Virus record (IMG/VR): IMGVR_UViG_3300028260_000001
Coordinates: 248,333-305,343 of that record
DNA length: 57,011 bases
Source of the DNA: a virus
Lineage: Duplodnaviria; Heunggongvirae; Uroviricota; Caudoviricetes
Reading direction: 5' to 3' (one strand)
In this document: positions 53,215 to 57,011 of the stretch, one piece after another
How positions within the stretch are numbered: the first letter of the stretch is position 1
How the letters are laid out: each line of letters opens with the position of its first letter
Program-made: the position numbers and the translations under genes
Notes under the pieces: model-generated
What the model saw: only the letters and a program-made list of their open reading frames with translations
Databases searched by the model: none
Told to the model about the DNA's origin: nothing

Positions 53215-53707
53215 TATTTCCTCGGGTATCCAAGCCAGTATACATGCGCATTGGGATCGTCAACCGACATTCGATTGCATGCAGTAGCTCCCAGATGTCG
53301 CAACGATTGAAGTATTCCAGGACGCATTGCTGTTGCCAGCTTGGTCCACTACTCCGCAAAACGCTTACCACTCCATCCAATTCGAAGACCTCACAGATCA
53401 TCGTATCGAGCAGAGTCTCACCAACCCGGAGGTGATAGCCGGGCACTTGGCCTTCGATCGCATCAGGAGCCTGGATGTACACGCACTGTTCGAACATGTA
53501 CATCAACAAACCCTGCAGACGATCGCGTTCTTGAACGAACACCATGATGTCTTGCAGAGCCTCTTCGGCTTCTTTCTTCAAGTTACCGCGAGCGGCATAC
53601 GACAAGAACGTAATGAAGCCCGTTACTTTGTCGGCATAACCAGGCGCTGTGGGGTCTTGCAACCCCAGCAGTGCTTTGTGCATCGCAATCGGAATATACA
53701 CGCTCAT
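53192..53707 (-). CDS. Hypothetical protein
   Basis: AAGGAG RBS. Confidence 0.7.
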   Translation of the reverse strand: MSVYIPIAMHKALLGLQDPTAPGYADKVTGFITFLSYAARGNLKKEAEEALQDIMVFVQERDRLQGLLMYMFEQCVYIQAPDAIEGQVPGYHLRVGETLLDTMICEVFELDGVVSVLRSSGPSWQQQCVLEYFNRCDIWELLHAIECRLTIPMRMYTGLDTRGNNGTHDKA

Positions 53708-53727
53708 GATAGCTCCTTAGTTTTCGA

Positions 53728-54030
53728 TTAAAGCCAATACACCGTTTCGTTAGCAATGTGCCGAGCGTAGTCGGCCACCACTGGTTCATCTACAACGAAG
53801 GGGACATCCAGTCCCCCCAGAATCATACGCATGGCATGCTGCAGTGCATTACCATTGATGGGTGCGGTTTCCCAGCTACGGATTCCACGGAACCCCATCA
53901 CACAACGTGCACGACGAATCAAAGATGCTTCGAGATCTGCGGCTGAAGAGAACTCAGTCACATTCGAGTCCTCCTTTACGAGAATTCGTTGTGGTGCGGC
54001 AAACTTCCTGATGTACATCTTAGCTTCCAT
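53728..54030 (-). CDS. Hypothetical protein
   Basis: Tight packing after the upstream stop. Confidence 0.65.
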   Translation of the reverse strand: MEAKMYIRKFAAPQRILVKEDSNVTEFSSAADLEASLIRRARCVMGFRGIRSWETAPINGNALQHAMRMILGGLDVPFVVDEPVVADYARHIANETVYWL

Positions 54031-54032
54031 AA

Positions 54033-54719
54033 TTAAACCTGTTTTGGCATACCGATTACCAGATCGTGGCCTTCAGGGCTAACATTGCCCCAAGTAACGA
54101 TCCACCCTTTTGAACGGAGGTCACTAACAACCCGTTCTTGGACATTAGTGTCCAGATCACCCACGAAGTTCAGCGACCAGTAGTACGAGAACTCGTCGGA
54201 CTTACGACGCTCATGTACTTTCGGATCATTGAACAGTTCCTTCACGCCATGCATGACGTCTTCGTAGGTAACGCGCACCAAACCAGCTGCACGACGGTAG
54301 TAGTCCATCGAAGGAATATCCGCGAGGGAATTGTCTTCTTTGTGGATGCTGCCATTTGTACCAGCCATCAGTTGGAACTCCTTCTTCAGCCAGATCGATT
54401 TCTCGATACGATTGCTGCCATACAGCACAGCGTTGACGGTAAGACTCTCCGGATCGAAGATGTTACGCACGTCGTCGATTGCCAGAACACTGGCCACGAG
54501 CGTACGCAATGCTTCACCCCAGGTAGCCGTATCAGCCACTGGGATTACCATCAGACGATCTGGGTTCAGACGAGGATCCAAATGACCATCAACGGTCACG
54601 TAGCGAACGTTCCCTTGGTCACAGATGGTGAGATAAACAAAGTTATCATGCTGTACTCGTGCATCGGTTGCCAACATGGTCTGGCCACTGAAAGCTGGAG
54701 AGTGTTGCACATTTTCCAT
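54033..54719 (-). CDS. Hypothetical two-domain protein; start corrected to 54719
   Basis: AGGAG RBS before MENVQH. Confidence 0.7.
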   Translation of the reverse strand: MENVQHSPAFSGQTMLATDARVQHDNFVYLTICDQGNVRYVTVDGHLDPRLNPDRLMVIPVADTATWGEALRTLVASVLAIDDVRNIFDPESLTVNAVLYGSNRIEKSIWLKKEFQLMAGTNGSIHKEDNSLADIPSMDYYRRAAGLVRVTYEDVMHGVKELFNDPKVHERRKSDEFSYYWSLNFVGDLDTNVQERVVSDLRSKGWIVTWGNVSPEGHDLVIGMPKQV

Positions 54720-54894
54720 GGTCTTGCTCCTGAATAAACTTAAGGATAAGGATCTGCGGTTAATGTACGGGTAGAGCACAACAACAAAGGTTGTATAGCA
54801 GTGTTAGACTGCTATACTGGCTTATACAACAAAAAGCCCCCTTCCTATGCTTTTAGTCACTGACTTCCACATTAGGTTAGGAGAGTCAGTACTT

Positions 54895-55140
54895 TTACCC
54901 GTTGAAACGATTGTCGGTGTAAACCATCATAATTGCACATGCAGCTGCCAACAAAAGTGGCAGCACTCCTATGAATTGTGTTGTTATGAATGTGAAGTAT
55001 TTCACTTGTTCATCTGTGTGAACATTAAGTGCTTCAAGACGATCCGTGAGCTTACTGAAATGGTAAGTACCCAGAAACGTGATGAGGACAAACATCAACC
55101 CCAATAGTCCCCACACGTGAAACTCTTGAATTATGATCAC
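54895..55140 (-). CDS. Small two-TM membrane protein
   Basis: Two hydrophobic segments; GTGA coupling. Confidence 0.65.
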   Translation of the reverse strand: MIIIQEFHVWGLLGLMFVLITFLGTYHFSKLTDRLEALNVHTDEQVKYFTFITTQFIGVLPLLLAAACAIMMVYTDNRFNG

Positions 55141-55634
55141 TCGCAGGGAACCTCGTAAGGGTTCTTTCCTGAACGGAGGTATGCAACGTGTCGTTTGATC
55201 TCTTTTACCAGATCAGACAAGAACACCACCGTGTAGTGACCGATACGCTTATGACCATCGCAGGTCATGTTAGCGTAGTTAAACTGGATAACACCCAGTT
55301 TCTTTTCTACCGAACGACTGACGCACACGACTTCGAGGTACCAATCCAGATGGCTACCGAAGTTGAAGTTGTCGAGCAGTTCATGGGTGAATGCTGACAG
55401 CAACGAATCATCAGCGATACGTTGGGGGAACCAAGCCTGCGGATCGTTGTAGTTCCGCTGCCAGTTCTCCCACGAGTGCCCTTTACGGACAGCGTCCATG
55501 GTGCACGGCAGAAGGTTCTCCGCCATTTCCATGGTTGCCCGCAGAACGTCCGTGTATTCCTGTTTGGCGTCATGCAATTCCCAGCAACGGAAGAACATGT
55601 GTTCCAATGCCAGACGCAATACTTTATCGTTCAT
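55137..55634 (-). CDS. Hypothetical protein
   Basis: Tight packing; 165 aa. Confidence 0.7.
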   Translation of the reverse strand: MNDKVLRLALEHMFFRCWELHDAKQEYTDVLRATMEMAENLLPCTMDAVRKGHSWENWQRNYNDPQAWFPQRIADDSLLSAFTHELLDNFNFGSHLDWYLEVVCVSRSVEKKLGVIQFNYANMTCDGHKRIGHYTVVFLSDLVKEIKRHVAYLRSGKNPYEVPCE

Positions 55635-55636
55635 CG

Positions 55637-55888
55637 TCAGTCTTCCCCGTTTAGACCAATGCGTTTTCTTTTAATGTCGCCACACTCTTTACACCGAAGG
55701 GTATAGAGATGACCCACCAACGGATGACGAAGGTTACTGATTTCGCAAACGTTAATGGTTTCCCACTGATGTCTATGCGGTGGCGGGACGACCTGGACCT
55801 TACGCTTTACTCGTGTCGCAAAGTAAACTGCGGTCATCGAGAGGATTAGCGAGATCCCGGAAATAATCAAAGCTGGTGTGATTTCCAT
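55637..55888 (-). CDS. Membrane-anchored protein with an HxH...CxxC zinc-ribbon-like motif
   Basis: TM LIISGISLILSMTAVYF; HRHQW...LRCKECGDIK. Confidence 0.65.
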   Translation of the reverse strand: MEITPALIISGISLILSMTAVYFATRVKRKVQVVPPPHRHQWETINVCEISNLRHPLVGHLYTLRCKECGDIKRKRIGLNGED

Positions 55889-55898
55889 GATACCTACG

Positions 55899-56078
55899 TC
55901 AGCAACGAGTTGTGATGTTGAGTGCGATGAGCAACAGCATGATAACTGGCGCCATCAAGCCCATGATCCACCACATCCGAGTATTGCGATTGCGTTCGTC
56001 CATGAAGACGGCAAACACCCCGGCAATACACAATACAACCAACAGTACGATCATCCAACCTACTACGGCCGAAAGCAT
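55899..56078 (-). CDS. 59-aa two-TM membrane protein, absent from the ORF track
   Basis: AAGGAG RBS; MLSAVVGWMIVLLVVLCIAGVFAVFMDERNRNTRMWWIMGLMAPVIMLLLIALNITTRC*; fills the gap between its neighbours. Confidence 0.7.
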   Translation of the reverse strand: MLSAVVGWMIVLLVVLCIAGVFAVFMDERNRNTRMWWIMGLMAPVIMLLLIALNITTRC

Positions 56079-56081
56079 GAC

Positions 56082-56576
56082 TTACTCCTTGTATTCGTGT
56101 TGATCAGCGATTGCTGCTTCAACAGTATTGTCGCGGCAGGACGCTTTGGTCGTCCAGCCCAGCCCGGTGCGAATAACCAAAGCCAACATGACTTTTCCTA
56201 CCTGGCGAGGATCGAAGTATTCCATTGCGTGCCCGGTGAATGTATCGCCGAACAGAGATACATAGCAAAGCTCGGTTAGTTCACGATTTCCGTACTCGCC
56301 ACGATCAGCTGCTTGAGTATGGATGAACCAGTACGACTTCGAATTCTCGATCTGGAACTTCATCCCCACTTTGAACATCTGGATGCGGATGTAATACCAC
56401 GCGGCGTCGCCAGACACCAGCGCTGGATCAGGAACCTCGAAGCCTTCCTTCCATTGAGGATGGAACGCATTCATGTAGTTCATGAATGCTTCCAGCTTCA
56501 ACCGATCCGAATCCTTCTTGATGCGGTTTGGCACTGCTACGAACAGTTTCAGTACCGAATGATCTAATACCAACAT
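56082..56576 (-). CDS. Hypothetical protein
   Basis: AGGA RBS; 164 aa. Confidence 0.7.
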   Translation of the reverse strand: MLVLDHSVLKLFVAVPNRIKKDSDRLKLEAFMNYMNAFHPQWKEGFEVPDPALVSGDAAWYYIRIQMFKVGMKFQIENSKSYWFIHTQAADRGEYGNRELTELCYVSLFGDTFTGHAMEYFDPRQVGKVMLALVIRTGLGWTTKASCRDNTVEAAIADQHEYKE

Positions 56577-56913
56577 CTTTCTTTCCTGTGTTGAACCATT
56601 CGCTGAGTACGATGGTTGTTCTAGTCTTATCGTTAACCGTCTTGTACTTCAGACGAATCACTTTCCAACCCGCTTGATGCAATGCAGCGAATACATCACG
56701 CAGGTCTGATTCTTCGTAACGACCTTCCAATTTAACGTTGTAGCCTTGAGCACCTTTCTCGACTAGTGGGTCATTCCCCATGGAGACCCAATAGTTGTTC
56801 CCGTCAGGAAACAGAAGTTGCTGAGCGACTTGGTTCATTAGTCGCTCATCACGCTTCCTTGCGCGACGAGAGAAGGTTATGCTAGGAGCGGGCAGCGAGT
56901 GAAACAGTGGCAT
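56428..56913 (-). CDS. Hypothetical protein overlapping the downstream gene by 149 nt
   Basis: GAGGT RBS; ..L...GW.V motif as in 49880..50170. Confidence 0.6.
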   Translation of the reverse strand: MPLFHSLPAPSITFSRRARKRDERLMNQVAQQLLFPDGNNYWVSMGNDPLVEKGAQGYNVKLEGRYEESDLRDVFAALHQAGWKVIRLKYKTVNDKTRTTIVLSEWFNTGKKDVGIRSFGTETVRSSAKPHQEGFGSVEAGSIHELHECVPSSMEGRLRGS

Positions 56914-57011
56914 CCTTTACCTCGAACGAATAGGCCGAGCATGGCTTCTGAGGGTTCTTACAGAACTTCTCAGTCACATGCCCTACCGGTTGGGTTACAT
57001 CATAGAAAGCC

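Noticed and set aside
54780-54890. tRNA-like cloverleaf
   Set aside because: No TTC T-loop, D-loop or acceptor stem; kept only as a structured leader.
56428-56580. 149-nt overlap suggesting a frameshifted single gene
   Set aside because: The downstream gene has its own AGGA RBS and ATG; loss of the upstream stop is the simpler explanation.

Overview
This window is a segment of a phiKZ-like jumbo myovirus (nucleus-forming Chimalliviridae type, host probably a pseudomonad). It is syntenic with the phiKZ gp155-gp118 block; gp numbers are recalled from gene order and motifs, not from a search. The block runs RNase H, a processed head protein, UvsX, virion RNAP beta C-terminal subunit, collagen-like fibre, endolysin, overlapped spanins, RuvC, two 2OG-Fe(II)-oxygenase-like genes, five paralogous tail-fibre genes, portal, non-virion RNAP beta subunit, major capsid protein (MCP) and DnaB. 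About 10 kb of small leftward early/accessory genes follow. The strongest unexplained signal is at the MCP gene. It ends in CCU-UGA-A, followed in frame by 28 sense codons (RDPGIVRRYEDGTIRYFEDGTTQRYLEA*) that run up to the terminator and resemble the C-terminal RYLEDG repeat of another structural protein here (15038..15577). This suggests stop-codon readthrough tags a minority of capsid subunits, possibly as docking sites for the collagen/foldon fibres. Other findings: a sequence-conserved terminator family (TAACGACATA-stem-TTATGYC), three phage early promoters, two spanin-like pairs plus a holin candidate, a frameshifted SpoT/MESH1-like HD hydrolase, LapA-like and L7/L12-like domains in early genes, and structured leaders. 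No tRNA, rRNA, CRISPR array or IS element was seen.
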